A stretch of 64,000 bases of DNA, from positions 72,914,001-72,978,000 of the forward strand of contig NC_058368.1 of NCBI RefSeq assembly GCF_018350175.1, written 5' to 3'. The DNA comes from Felis catus (taxonomy: Eukaryota). The first letter of the stretch is position 1. Every line of letters begins with the position of its first letter. Under the pieces are notes generated by a model, which was not told the origin of the DNA, did no database searches, and saw only the letters and a program-made list of their open reading frames with translations. Shown one piece after another: positions 1 through 12,110 of the stretch. Both the position numbers and the translations under genes were made by a program.

Positions 1-560
1 GTGTTATATAGATCTACATATTAATTGCAAACAGGAATGGTAAAAATTGCAAAAGCAAAAACTAGAATGAGTCTCCAAGTATAAAATTATAATGTTTTGG
101 ACTTAGTATCTATAAATGTAATCCTATAGCAATGCTGTGTTTCAACTGAAATCTCTAAAATAACAATTGCTTTTTAAATTAGCTATAATTGTTCAGGCAA
201 ACAAAACAAACAAGGAAACCAGATATTCCATTGAAAAGGTTTGAATTTACTCATTCTGTTATTACTATACAGGGACCACAATTAAAATTATGGTATGAAT
301 CTAAAATGGAAAAAGGAAGAAACAAAATTAAGACCATCACATCTTGTCAACAGCATTCTAAAGAGATCATGATACAGATAAATGTGAAAAATTATTGTGA
401 AATGCTATTGTCTGATAGCAGGGACTTAAAAAAAAAACACTAATAAAGTATACTTCAGTTCGTTGGAATTCAGCAAGTCCTGATACAAAGCTAACCCTTA
501 GTGTTATTAAAAACGAAACAAAACAAAACAAAAACCACACACACAAAACCCAGAACCCAC

Positions 561-585
561 GTCTTCTCTTGTTGGCTTGTGTTCA
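561..585 (-). other. Candidate 25-nt micro-exon (host gene unknown)
   Basis: Minus strand reads cagctttttcttctgcag|TGAACACAAGCCAACAAGAGAAGAC|gtgggt: pyrimidine tract, CAG acceptor and GT donor. No homology recognised. Confidence 0.25.
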
Positions 586-949
586 CTGCAGAAGAAAAAG
601 CTGTGATAAGAGACAAAATAGAACTGGAATTTGCCAAATGACTGTTATCCATCTTCCCAAAGAACAGTTCCCGTTCATTTGAGGAATGGAATCACAACCA
701 GAATATCAACAACAGAATCAAAACTCAATAAACAGCTACTTAAATGATGGGCTCCGAACCCTGTCCAATCCAAAACTGAGAGATGGGGAAACATTAAATA
801 CAAAAACATATGTGTAAATTCTTGTGTCTTGATAAGTAAAATATTCTAAACTCAAATTACTAGTTAATTTCTTGGAATACTCCCCAGCAATTTAGGTAAT
901 AATTTAAGTGAACCCATTTTCCTATAAATTCACTGGATGCATCAGTTCC

Positions 950-1795
950 TTTATCCAGTTTCAATAACCTTCCATGTATGGAAGCCAAGAAACCTGGATT
1001 TAACCTTGATGACTTCTTATCTCTCAATGCTTACACCTAATGCATCAACAATTTTGTCTACTCTACCCTCGAATATATCAGAACTACTTAATCATCACCC
1101 TCGTGGCTACCCCTCTGGTCCTAACTTCCACCGTCTTTGATCTGGATTGCTAAAGAAGGTTCCTATTTTCACCTTATTCTCCTTTAGTCTTTTTTCCACC
1201 CTGCAGCCTTTCAACAGCTGAGAAGATTGCGAGTCTTTTGTTGGAAACCATGAAATGGACAAAATAGTTTTCTATTTCACTCAGTGTAAAAGCCAGTTCC
1301 TATAATGGCCTTAAAGGCTTCTGAAGATCAGTGTGTCCTACTCTCATAGTTCAAATCCTACTTTTCTACCTCTCTTTTCTCCAGTAACGGTACTCATTGT
1401 TTATATAACTCATATCACATCTCGAAGCCATTGCTCAGAACATTCTCTCATTCAAGACTGTTCCTTCCACTTACCCGCAAGGTGAGCTCCTTCATGACTT
1501 TCAAACGTTCACTCAAATATCATCTTCCCAGTGAGGCTTACCATATTGAAAACCGCAACTTTCCCACACATTCCCAACTGCTTGCTCTGTTCCATTCTTT
1601 TCCCTTTCCACTCATCATCTTCAAATATATTCTATACTTTTCTTATTTATTGTGAGTGTTCTTGCCCCATTAGACTATAAACTCCATGTTGATAGGATTC
1701 TTTGGTCTACTTGGGTTCACAGATATATCTTTAGCACCAAGAATTATTTGTCAGGAAGTGTTTGCTGACAAAAAAAAATAGTAAGTGAAGGAATA
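950..1795 (+). mobile_element. LINE L2 3' fragment
   Basis: Degenerate L2 3' region ending tagactataaactccat...agatatatctttagcaccaagaa...gtgaaggaat. Confidence 0.7.
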
Positions 1796-2594
1796 TCGTT
1801 TTTCTTTCTTTTTTCCATTTAACTTTCCTACTAACAAGCATTTTTAGTTTCATACTTTCATGTTCTAATAGGCATTCAGGAAGAAAAAAATTATAGACTA
1901 GTAATTAAAATGACTTGTGTTACCTGCTGATTATTTCAAGAGAGGGCATGAAATTAAGGCTGGCTCAAACACGGAGTGGAAAATATCATCATAATAATGG
2001 TGTGAGTTATATATAGTCAAAAGAAGCAGGAAGTTTTTGAGGCAATCACAGAAAGAAAAATGGCACAGGAAGGGCTTTGAAGATGTATTCCCCAGATAGC
2101 CTACAATCAAAATCAGCACAAGAGAAATGCATTCTGAAGGAGAGCCTCCTTGCCCAGGTGTGAATTCTCTCATTAGCATGTTAGTTGGATTGCTTTTTAA
2201 GTGAAATGATTATGACAGTCCTTACTACATACAAAGAGCTGGGCTTTCAGAAATGGCTTCCCAAAACATTCACTGACATTGATTCCCCATGCCTCCTACT
2301 ATAACAATTTCTGGCCTTAATTCTTTAAGTGGAAAGTTCCCACAAATCTCCCAACACTTATCCTTTAACTGCATTTGAAATTCTTACAGGAAATACCACT
2401 GACCGAATATGAGACAAAAACAAAGTTAAACATAAGAAGTAGTGTGATTGGCCTCGTTTAACCTCCCCTGCCTTTTCCTCAGCACACTTCGTCATGCACT
2501 CTCTATACAATTTTTAATCAGGTAAATGCATTCTATTTGAATAAAGCTAAGTTTCTCTCTCTCTTCCCCCCCCCATCCTCCCCACCCCACACAC

Positions 2595-2657
2595 GTGTTT
2601 GTGTATGCTTGTGTGTGTGAGTCTGTGTGTGTGTGTGTGTGTTTGTGTTTGTGTGTT
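2595..2657. repeat. Imperfect (TG)n microsatellite
   Basis: Directly visible. Confidence 0.9.
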
Positions 2658-3953
2658 TAGTGTACGTGATCTAGCAAGGTAGACCTGAGCTACCATTTGT
2701 CAACCTCTTTGTATGTATAGGAATCATACTTAATCCAAGTTTACTTCATCTGAAAATAATCCTAAAACAGAGGTTCCTTTGGCCATAATCCTTCAACTGA
2801 TAAGTGCTGGAGAAGTTGTTTGGTCTGTTTTCCAATTTACAATTTTATGTGATTTTTCTAAACCACCTTACTGTTTTGTTTAAAACAAAAGGGGTGATAT
2901 GAGTCTATTTGCTTGTTAATTATTAAGAAGAGAACTCTGAGGGAATAAACAGTGACTATGACAATATGTAGGGATGGAAGACATAGGCAGAATAATTGAT
3001 CTCCAGGACAATAAAAGTGAGTTCACTAGTTTCCTTGGCAATGTATATTCCTAGGGAGCTAACTTATATTTATTAAGGTGAGAGTAAATGTCATCAGGTG
3101 GGTAGAACAGCTTGGGCATCCAGTGTGTAATGAAACCAACAACCTATCTTCTTTGGCCATTGGAAGACCAGAGGTGCTACAATAGACTTTTTTCAACTGA
3201 ACCTTAAGATAGCTGCAGGTTGAAATTTTTGAATGAAAAATCACTCTACCTCATATAGAGGGGAGAAACCAAAGACACGGTAAAAACAGAGATAAGAAAG
3301 CACTTTTAATTTCTAGTCCCGGAATTCTATTTTAGGACCTGTCTCCATAATTGAGCCTCTGATATTTTCACAGCTCTGTTAACTCAAAGCTAAAAACAAA
3401 TGGTAGTTTCATATGCGTTTACTATCCAAGGTCCCTCGAGCAGTTAGGACAGGCTACTGTTTGGAAACCCCACATAGAGATTAATCAATAGTCAGAAGGG
3501 CTCTGACGACTGAGCTGTGCTGAATGATAAGTCTTGATTAAAAGTTAAAGAAAATGCTTTTCTTAAACTTAATTTTCATGGGCTGTGGTTGATCTTAACT
3601 TTAAATGCAATTTGCTAGTTAATTTCAACTCAAATTAAATATAATGTCTTAGGAGTTGAGAGGTACCTCAGGCCTTATTTTATCAAATCTCTTTATTTTA
3701 CAATGAGGATGTAAATAATTTTTTAAAGAAAATTACAAAACAACAACAAAAAATAAGCAAATATGTATTTTTCAAAATCAGACTTGGAAGATCACAAATG
3801 CTAGGATTTTTGGATATTAGATAAAGAATTGGTTCCTTTATTTCTTCCTTTTCTGGTTCCAGGTCAAATAATCTACCCAATTTGGTTGAAATTCAACAAG
3901 TACAACTGTAACCATCTTTGAAGATGGGTTGACATACATAATTCTGTGCATTA

Positions 3954-3992
3954 TGTTTTTTTTTAATTTTTTATTGTTTTTTAGTTTTTATT

Positions 3993-4041
<49 letters not shown>

Positions 4042-4207
4042 ATGAGCAGGGGAAGAGAAGAGAGAGAGGGAGACACAGAATTTGAAAAAGGTTCCAGACT
4101 CTGAGCTATCAGCACAGAGCCTGATGCAGGGCTCAAACTCGTGAACCATAAGATCATGACCTCAGTCGAAGTCAGACACTCAACCAACTGAACCACCCAA
4201 GCAGCCC
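3954..4207 (-). mobile_element. CAN-SINE (felid SINEC)
   Basis: Reverse-complement SINE head, (GA)n tract and T-rich tail. TSD tctgtgcatta at 3943-3953 and 4208-4218. Confidence 0.95.
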
Positions 4208-4604
4208 TCTGTGCATTAAGTGTTTAAGACTTTCCAGAGTTATGTAGGCTGAACAAAGGCCTAGACGGGAGGTAGTCTAATGATGTGGGGTGAGTTGTCA
4301 GCCAGAGCAACCCCAGAGGTTACTGCTGCTGGCCTTCTGCATTACCTGGAAACTCCTCTACAAGCCAGACTTATAACATCTAAGGCAGAAGGAACCAGTC
4401 TTTAGGAAACAGATGTGTCATCTGTCAGGAGCACATGCATTCAAAAATAGCCCTGACATAATTTAGTTCATGGGAGTAGCTGGATCAGGAAATAGGACAC
4501 AGGACCAGCAAAAGTTAACAGGATTGGAATTACAGAAGGTCAGGGTGCATTTCTAGCAATGATTTACTGGGTGGGTCCTGAAGTGTAAAGATGGGTGCAA
4601 CCCA

Positions 4605-4814
4605 GGGGCACCTGGGTGGCTCAGTCAGTTAAGCCTCCGACTTCGGCTCATGTCATGATCCCCTGGTTCACGAGTTCGAGCTCTGCATTGGGCTCTGTGC
4701 TGACAGCTCAGAACCTGGAGCCTGCTTAAAATTCTGTGTGTTTCCCTCTCTCTCTGCCCCTTCCCCACTCTCTCTCTCTCTCTTTCTCTCTCTCTCAAAA
4801 CTAATTTAAAAAAA
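4605..4814 (+). mobile_element. CAN-SINE
   Basis: ggggcacctgggtggctcagtcagttaag head, (CT)n, A tail. Diverged TSD aaagatgggtgcaaccca / aaggatagatgcaaccca. Confidence 0.95.
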
Positions 4815-5259
4815 AAGGATAGATGCAACCCAAAGTAGATGCAGTGCTGAGAAGGTGACACTCCAAAGGAAGAAAAGAACTCAAACAAGGAGGGCTTCCC
4901 AGCAGTGTGAACTGGGCGAGTCTCCACATGTTGACCTTGCCCAAATGTAGTGAGAATTAAAGATTGTAAAGGTTGTAACTCTGAGCACAGGGCCTGGCAC
5001 AAAGCAGGCAGGTTGTGAAAACCACATTAGAAGGTGTCAGGTTTTTGCACCTTCTCTGCTCCAGACACAACACTAAGCATTTTGCACACAACTCATTTAC
5101 GACAACAACCATCTTACAGATGGAAATGTAAATTTCAGAAACAAGTATAGAAGACAATATTTATACAGATGTTTGCCTGATTCAAAACCCCATGGCTTTA
5201 CTACTTCTCCATATGTGTGTACAAATAGTATTGAGAATTAACTGACACTATGCACTTAC

Positions 5260-5385
5260 TTTGCCTTAGATCTCTCTAACACCTCTAACTGATAACTTTG
5301 AAACTATTATTTCCATTTTACATAGGAGAAACTAAGGTGTGCAGAGGCTGGGTCACATGCCCAAAGTCACACTTTAGTGAGTGGG
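5260..5385 (-). mobile_element. MIR SINE fragment
   Basis: MIR core ccattttacataggagaaactaaggtgtgcagagg...cccaaagtcacac. Confidence 0.7.
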
Positions 5386-7329
5386 TTAGTTTTCCAATCT
5401 TGTTTGGGTTCATTTCTCCATGACATTCAGCTAACACAGGTATCAAACTGTCAACCTGAAATGAGCCAGACACCAAGTTTCTCCTCATATTTTGTCAAGT
5501 TTTAGAAATGCTATATTTTAATAAAAGCTCCTTTAAGAACAATCACCTCTGAGTGGGGAGATTTAATGGTAAACATTAAACACACATGGTAAATTTAATA
5601 ATCAGAGAGATTCCTTTATTTAGTATTAATAAAAATGGATGTCAAGTGTAGCATATATATGTACCATGAATTAAAAAAAAGTTGGTGGTAAAATGTACAA
5701 CGTACAATACTAAGAAGTTTAATGAAATTAAGTCACCAATGGAGTGTTCTTTTATTCCTCAAAGTACAAAGCGCCACTTGTAAGTGTTGTATATTGTCAA
5801 GCTTTACAATAAAGATGCTCTACTGTAATATCTCCTTCTTGAGAAATCAGTCAGTCCATAAGATAGTTGATATATACAAATTGGAAAAATATAAATATGG
5901 CTTAATCGGACACATCTAAAGATTTGAAATCCTGAAGCCTAACATTTAGAAACACACATATCTTAATTAAAATGATTGTTTTCATATTTGAACCCTTAAT
6001 AGTAAAGACAAACTTGTTTATGTCATAAAACTCTTATCATAGCAGACATGGTAGAAAAATGCTTACCATAGGTCAAGTACAAAGATAAACACTTCATGCA
6101 TATATACATTTAATCCTCATAATTACCATTTAAAGTAGATAAGGTTTTTTATTTATATTTCCAGCCTAAGAAACTAAGATCCTAAACCAGAATTTGGATC
6201 CAAGTCAGTATGATGTGAAAGGTTGTGCTTCCATAAAAAGCCAATGGTCAAACCTCTTTTGATTCAACGCTGGCTATGTATATTTGAAATATTTGTTCAC
6301 ATTTGTTTGAGCATAATGGGTAGAGTGTACCTTGTATGCTCACAACAAAACCAAATTATATTCTCTTATCAAGTATTTCCACTTTCAGAGGTGAAGAAGA
6401 AATTGTTTAGTCCATATGTAAAAACAGCAGATAATTTCTGTAAATGTATTATATTCTATCCAGAAGAGGGCACTGGCAGACATTCAACCCAATATCTGAT
6501 ATTTCAGAGAGATGAAAGCAAAGCTCAAATAAAATAAGTGCCTATTTCAGCAAGATGTGCATACTTTTATGCCCTGCAATGCGACTGTAAGGAACATTAA
6601 TACATCTGGGTAAAATGATGTTTTGAAAACCGACGCTAGTATTTTTAGCGGCAAGTTAATTTTAACAGCCAGCAAAACAGTGTGATTCTAGCCAGTGTTA
6701 CTGCCTAAGGGTTCCACATTTTCCCCAAGCTTTACTTTCCAGGAAGTTTACATTTAGCATTCAGTTACAAAAGTCCTTTCTATTCATAACAACACAGTAT
6801 TATGTAAGGTAGCTATAATAAAATGTTCATCATGATATCAAGGCTTCAGAAATGATTCTGCTTCATCAAAGCTTAGAAGACACAGAAACAGAAAACAATG
6901 GTAGTTTTCATAGGTCTGATTTCCTGAGTGGCTGAGACAAGTGATTTATCAATCACATAATTGCCTCAGTTCATTTTAATTAATGCCTTTGTCTTCTAAG
7001 TAATTCTTTTCTGTGCTGTATAGAGATGAAAGAACTCATTATTTTATGTCCAAGGTTTATACTTGGAAACTCTCTGGGAATAACTGTCATTTTTAGGGCC
7101 TTGTCTCTTTTTCTCTTGCATTGCAAAATTCCACTTGCCATATGTGAGGTTCATATGAGGGGAGACCATATTAGAAGTGTCTTCTAGTGTTGGGTGGTTA
7201 GCTTTACTAGGTATGTCTGGCCTTTCAGAAAAGTTAGAGAGCTAATTCACTGAAGGTCAAAATGGATCAACTTGAAAACTATCATCATGACAAACATTTT
7301 TATCAATATATTAATATATATTCAACATA

Positions 7330-8196
7330 AAATAAAACCTTGGATTGCAAGTAACTTGTTCTGTGAGTGTTCTGCAAGACAAGCAAACATTTCTAATAAA
7401 TTTTAATTTGATAAACGAGCGAGGTCTTGCAATGTGAGTAGTATGTGATGCCAAATGTCACATGATCACAACTGAGCCAATGGTTCTTCTCCCTCTCTCT
7501 CTCTCTCTTTTTCTCTGTGGGATTGTGGGTGATCACCTCCCATGCTCGGATGCTTGGTCTCAGGCTGCAGTGTTTGGCAGAAAGCAGTGATTTTTCAGAA
7601 TGTTGGAAGGTGCCCACAACTGGCCCACATAGTGTATTTTTTGTCCCTTCAAAGCACCTATGGACAGTCCTTTGCTTTTCAGTACAAGAGTGGGCTTAGG
7701 AATGCTTTGCTTCATTCTAGGTCAGGCTGCCTGCAGTTACAGACCCTTTCTTCTGCCTTATTGCCAGTTACATTCAATACAGTCTATGACTAGAGTTTAT
7801 TAATACTGTAGACAACATCCATTTCAGTGTAAACAATGGCCCCCATGCAGGGAAGATTCCACTGAGCCAAGAGACAGCAGTGATTCCATTAGTGATAGTG
7901 AAAGTTGTCCTATACAATAACCCTCTTCTCTCCTGTCTCCCTCACGACAGCCACGAAGGATTTCAAAGGTAAGTGCAGGTTAATTTGTTTATTTTTCTTT
8001 ATATTTTGTATTTTCTTTATTACTTTATGTTATATGACAGTATTGTAATCATTTTTATATGAATTTTTTGGGGTTGTGGAATGAATTATCTGAGTTTCCA
8101 TTATTTCTTATGGGGAAATTCACTTTGATATATAAGTGCTTTGGATTATAAGTGTGTTTCCAGAATGAATTATGCTCACAAACTAAGGTTTTACTG
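7330..8196 (+). mobile_element. Non-autonomous TcMar-Tigger-type DNA transposon with both TIRs
   Basis: Left end aaataaaaccttggattgcaag; right end ctcacaaactaaggttttactg (reverse complement cagtaaaaccttagtttgtgag). TA dinucleotides at 7328-7329 and 8197-8198. Confidence 0.85.
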
Positions 8197-8349
8197 TATA
8201 TCTACTGAGATTCTTATATGTACCAGGCATTTATATTATGGGTTTACTGCATCTTTCAGTTGAATAGTGTCAACTAATCTGTCAAGTAATTATACTGTTT
8301 GCAAAAATAACCCCTCGCATATAGCTAGTTTGTGTCTTGTGTTAGACTC

Positions 8350-8590
8350 GGGAGGCAGAGTGGAAAGGGGTTATAAGTTCTAGGAAACAGTCAGAGTGGA
8401 GCTGGTTCTCTCACTTACTAGCTGTGCAGTCTTAGGCAAGCCCCAAGGCCTCTGCAGTCAATTACCACATCTATAAAATGGACATGATATTTCTTTCTTA
8501 GAAATTGTTGTGGGTAAACATGCTGTGTGTTTGACCCCTACCATAGTATTAACCGCTGTCGAAGCTCAACAATTGTTAGCTATTGTTATT
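8350..8590 (+). mobile_element. MIR SINE
   Basis: cacttactagctgtgcagtcttaggcaag...catctataaaatgg...gctcaacaattgttagctattgttatt. Confidence 0.8.
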
Positions 8591-9152
8591 AGATACAGTT
8601 TTTCTAAGAATCCCAGGCCCTGACTTCAATGAGCATTCAGAATACTGTCACTGAAATAGCAGAGGTGGGAGCAGTGGAGAATGTCACTCCCCCCACGTGC
8701 CCTCATAGCATTGAAAAGTAACACTGAAAAGCTAAGGACAACCAGGATGATGGCTAGGATTCCCATTCCCGTTAACACATGCCCACTCCAAAAAACAAAA
8801 GAAAAAGAAAAAGAAAAAGAAAAAGATCAGTGTATGGGAACTGGGAGCTAGTGTGTTCAGTGTGATGAGAATCTAAAAGCATGTGAAGTCCTTCTCATAT
8901 CCAAGCCTTGTAGATGAGATCAGATGGCACTGTCACTCTGAGTTGGTGAGGAGCCAACAGTCTAAACTCTAAATGTGTATTATACCATCTGAACCAAGAT
9001 GAGGGGGTGTCAATACTGCCAGAGTCAATAGCCATTTTTTCCAACAAATAGTTATAATGTCTCCTTTGTTACCTGAAATGAAATTAACTCACTCTAAACA
9101 TAACTTTAAATCAAGTTAATGGGCTTATTGTAATATAAAAGAATAAGAAACT

Positions 9153-9302
9153 GGGGCTCCTAGATGGCTCAGTCAGTTAAGCATTCGGCTTCGGCTCAGG
9201 TCATGATCTGACGGTTCGAGCCCCACATCGGGCTCTGTGCTGACAGCTCAGAGACTGGAACCTACTTCAGATTCTGTGTCTCCCTCTCTCTGACCCTCCC
9301 CT

Positions 9303-9341
<39 letters not shown>

Positions 9342-9379
9342 GTCTCTCTCTCAAGAATAAATAAACATTTAAAAAAAAA
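9153..9379 (+). mobile_element. CAN-SINE nested in the MER20B-like element
   Basis: SINE head, (CT)n and A tail. TSD aagaaact. Confidence 0.95.
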
Positions 9380-9496
9380 AAGAAACTAACACATGAAAGT
9401 TTAGTATATATGTAATATGCAAATGCCTAGCTACAATGATACTAGGTGATGGGGTTATGAGTAAGTCTGGATTTAGGAAATGTATGCCAATAGCCA

Positions 9497-10180
9497 TACG
9501 TGCCAATTGTTCACTCGTTGTCTCTCAGCTCCGATGTTCCTCTCCCGTCCTCTGCTTCCCGAGGCACAGCCTGGAACCCTGCAAACCACATTTCTGCCTT
9601 TGCCCAGTGTTTCCCTGCCAGGATCTGCCACTAGAGGCGCTGCCGGAGGACGAAGCAGCCGGCTCCTTCCCATCTACCTCCGGAGCCTCTTGGCCTCTCG
9701 CGGCTCCTGTGAGCATCACCTCACGATGCTTCATCACCCCAGAAGCAGCGGATCCTTCTCGTGGCAGCTCCTGAGCACAGTTCCGGGTTTTGTGCGACAC
9801 TTGGAGAAGCAGCTTCATCGGCCCCGCCTCCCTCAGGCACCAGGGCGCCTTTGCTCAGCCATCTGGATCCCAGCTCTGAGGCCCCTCCTTTGAGCTCAGA
9901 CACACCAGCACCAGCCCAGCAGCCCTACCCCCGAGGGGTCTGTGTTTAAGATTCAGGAGGTCATGCTTCCAAGTTTCTAAGTTTTTCCCTTTCCCCCTCA
10001 ACTTTAGTAGTGGTAGCTGCTTCCTGAAACTGCTACTTGCATGATACCTTCGAGTTTCTTTTTTTACCTTTTAAATTACCAGCTGACAGCTTTTTAGCAA
10101 TTAAGAATTCTTTGTATTACATTTCATCTGTTCAAATAACTGGTGTCATTTCTCTCTCCTGGCCAGACCGTGACTGCCAC
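9497..10180 (-). mobile_element. ERVL solo LTR, LTR33/LTR41-like
   Basis: ctgcaaaccacatttctgcctttgcc...ctgccactagaggcgct near one end; ttcaaataactggtgtcatttctctctcctggccagaccgtgactgccaca at the other (reverse complement of the LTR33-type 5' end). Confidence 0.75.
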
Positions 10181-11727
10181 ATCTACTGAAGACTGTCAAG
10201 ATTATTTCTTTCTACTTGAACATTTGAAATAAACACCAACAAGTATGTTTACACGTACACATAAAATGATCGTAAATACCAAGTGCAACCCACGTGGACT
10301 GATACGGGGGTGACACGCTGGCGATTGATAAGCCACTGGCAGCACTGGCATTGACACTGCCTCTTTCAAAGGTGACGAAGGGCTCTTGACAATGTACTGA
10401 ACCAATCTCCCCGATCACAGTGAACTTTCATTCCGGGGAAATTGAGCACATTTATTAAAACAGTGAAAAAATGCTTTGTATTTATATGTAAAACACAGTC
10501 ACGTGAGATACGGGCAAATTCGTTGTGCGGGACAGTCATGAACTGCTCTGCATCTGTAACGATTCTGACTCTGGGACACTGAGCGCCGGAGTACTCCCAG
10601 CCGTGAGCGACCATCGTGGTCCCCACAACCTCTGGAAACACCCCTAGGAGTAAGACCACATCTGCTGAGAATCCAAATGGCAATAAGAGGCACGTGAGAA
10701 AATCCCCTTTATGAACTGACTTGCGGGGCAACTCACCCCAAAGTCCCTCCACAAGGACAGATGCCCTCTTATGTTTCTTTCCATGTGACAAGAGTCTGAA
10801 AGTGTGACTTAAAATGAAGTTGTTTTTCTAGGAGGGATAACATACTAAAATAAATCATTAGCTATCTATAAACAATTTAAAAATCATTTCTCACGTGTTA
10901 ATTTCAATAGGAGAGAAATGAAACTACTACCAAAATACAATATTAATAATATCGCATTAATATTATTATGAATGTAGTATTGGTAATATGAATGAATATT
11001 TGTGTTAATGCATAATAATAGTATAATATGCAAATACTTCGGCACAACTACATCCGATCCTGAGAGTGAATATGCGGATCACTGTAGCTGTCCTGGAGGG
11101 CAGGACACAGGACACCAGAACGGTACTGATGGTTTGAGAAGGGAAAGGAAAAAGACAAATAATAATACTTTACAACCATGGCAAAAACTATGATTACACA
11201 GCCAAAGTGTTATGCATAGGAGGCAACATGGAAGCATACAGTTGGGTTAGGGGGCCCTAAAAATGAAGGTCGAGTTGAGTGAGAGCACATACATGCGTGT
11301 GTATATCAACATATGTGTGTAGTTTAACTCTGGAAATCTAATGCAGACACAGATATATACATGTCGAATACAAATTGCACACATACCTTTACTTCTCTGG
11401 CATACACAGGATTTCAGTTTTTGTATCTTATTCAAAATTGTCAGAGTTGGGATATAACACTTTGTATATCCAGTATATTAAATACATGAAAGAGGAGTTA
11501 TTAGGGCAGAATAGAAATAAAGATGGGTTTTAGCAAAGCCCAGATCATGAAATATTTGTAAAATCAGGAATAAATGACAAGTTATAGATGAATGGTAGTG
11601 AAATGAAAAGAAACAAAATTGTGAATGCTGAGGTTTGAGTCAAACTGCTGCCCAGATGATCAGCAAGAGATAGTTAATGGTGAAGTGCTAATCTCAGACA
11701 CTAGAATTGGAGTTTAGACTCCATGAA

Positions 11728-11853
11728 GAATGGTGACCAATCTTCTGGTATGCCAAGGACAATGCTGATTTATGCCTGTCCTCCTGATATCTATTAATTT
11801 TTTTCTAAAACAAAACAATACAAAACCAAACAAACCCTGAAAGATGGTCTCCC
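11728..11853 (+). mobile_element. MER94/MER81-like hAT-Blackjack MITE
   Basis: Ends tggtgacca... and ...atggtctccct; internal ggacaatgctgatttatgcctgtcctcctg. Confidence 0.5.
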
Positions 11854-11884
11854 TTGCTTGAAAACTTAAGTTTAACCCAAACAA

Positions 11885-12110
11885 GTAACATTCACTGAAA
11901 ACCTAAGATGAGCCAGGGACTATACTTTCAGGTTTTCACCTGTGATCTTATTTACTCATTGGCACAACCAAGCCAGGAGGGGTGTTTTACCCTGTTTTAC
12001 ATCTCAGGACCCTGAGAGACTCAGAGAGGGTAGCCGACTTTTCCAAGGTGTTGTTTCCAACTATGAGAGGCAGGGTTCCAACCCACAGCCATTGGACTCC
12101 AAGCTGCCAC
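11885..12110 (-). mobile_element. MIR SINE
   Basis: ctgttttacatctcaggaccctgagagactcagagagggtagccgacttttccaaggt...ggactccaag. Confidence 0.65.

Larger units (their letters stand above)
9010..10678 (-). mobile_element. MER20B-like hAT-Charlie DNA transposon, split by a CAN-SINE and an LTR33-like LTR
   Basis: Reverse complement matches remembered MER20B segments: gtcccgcacaacgaattt, gttttacatataaatacaaagcatttttt, cccgtatcagtc (10200-10670) and aatttcatttcaggtaacaaagg (9040-9090). Confidence 0.7.

Noticed and set aside
6737..6748. STAT GAS motif TTCCAGGAA overlapping an ETS core
   Set aside because: Single short motif with no supporting cluster; expected by chance.
9625..9642. CTCF-like motif ctgccactagaggcgctg in the LTR
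   Set aside because: It lacks one G of the core, which shifts the 3' half out of register; probably a decayed site.
9436..9949. Cluster of six overlapping ORFs on both strands
   Set aside because: All lie essentially within the GC-rich LTR33-like LTR; stop-codon scarcity explains them.
10366..10791. 141-aa minus-strand ORF
   Set aside because: Overlaps the non-coding MER20B-like element, and I see no transposase or other recognisable motif.
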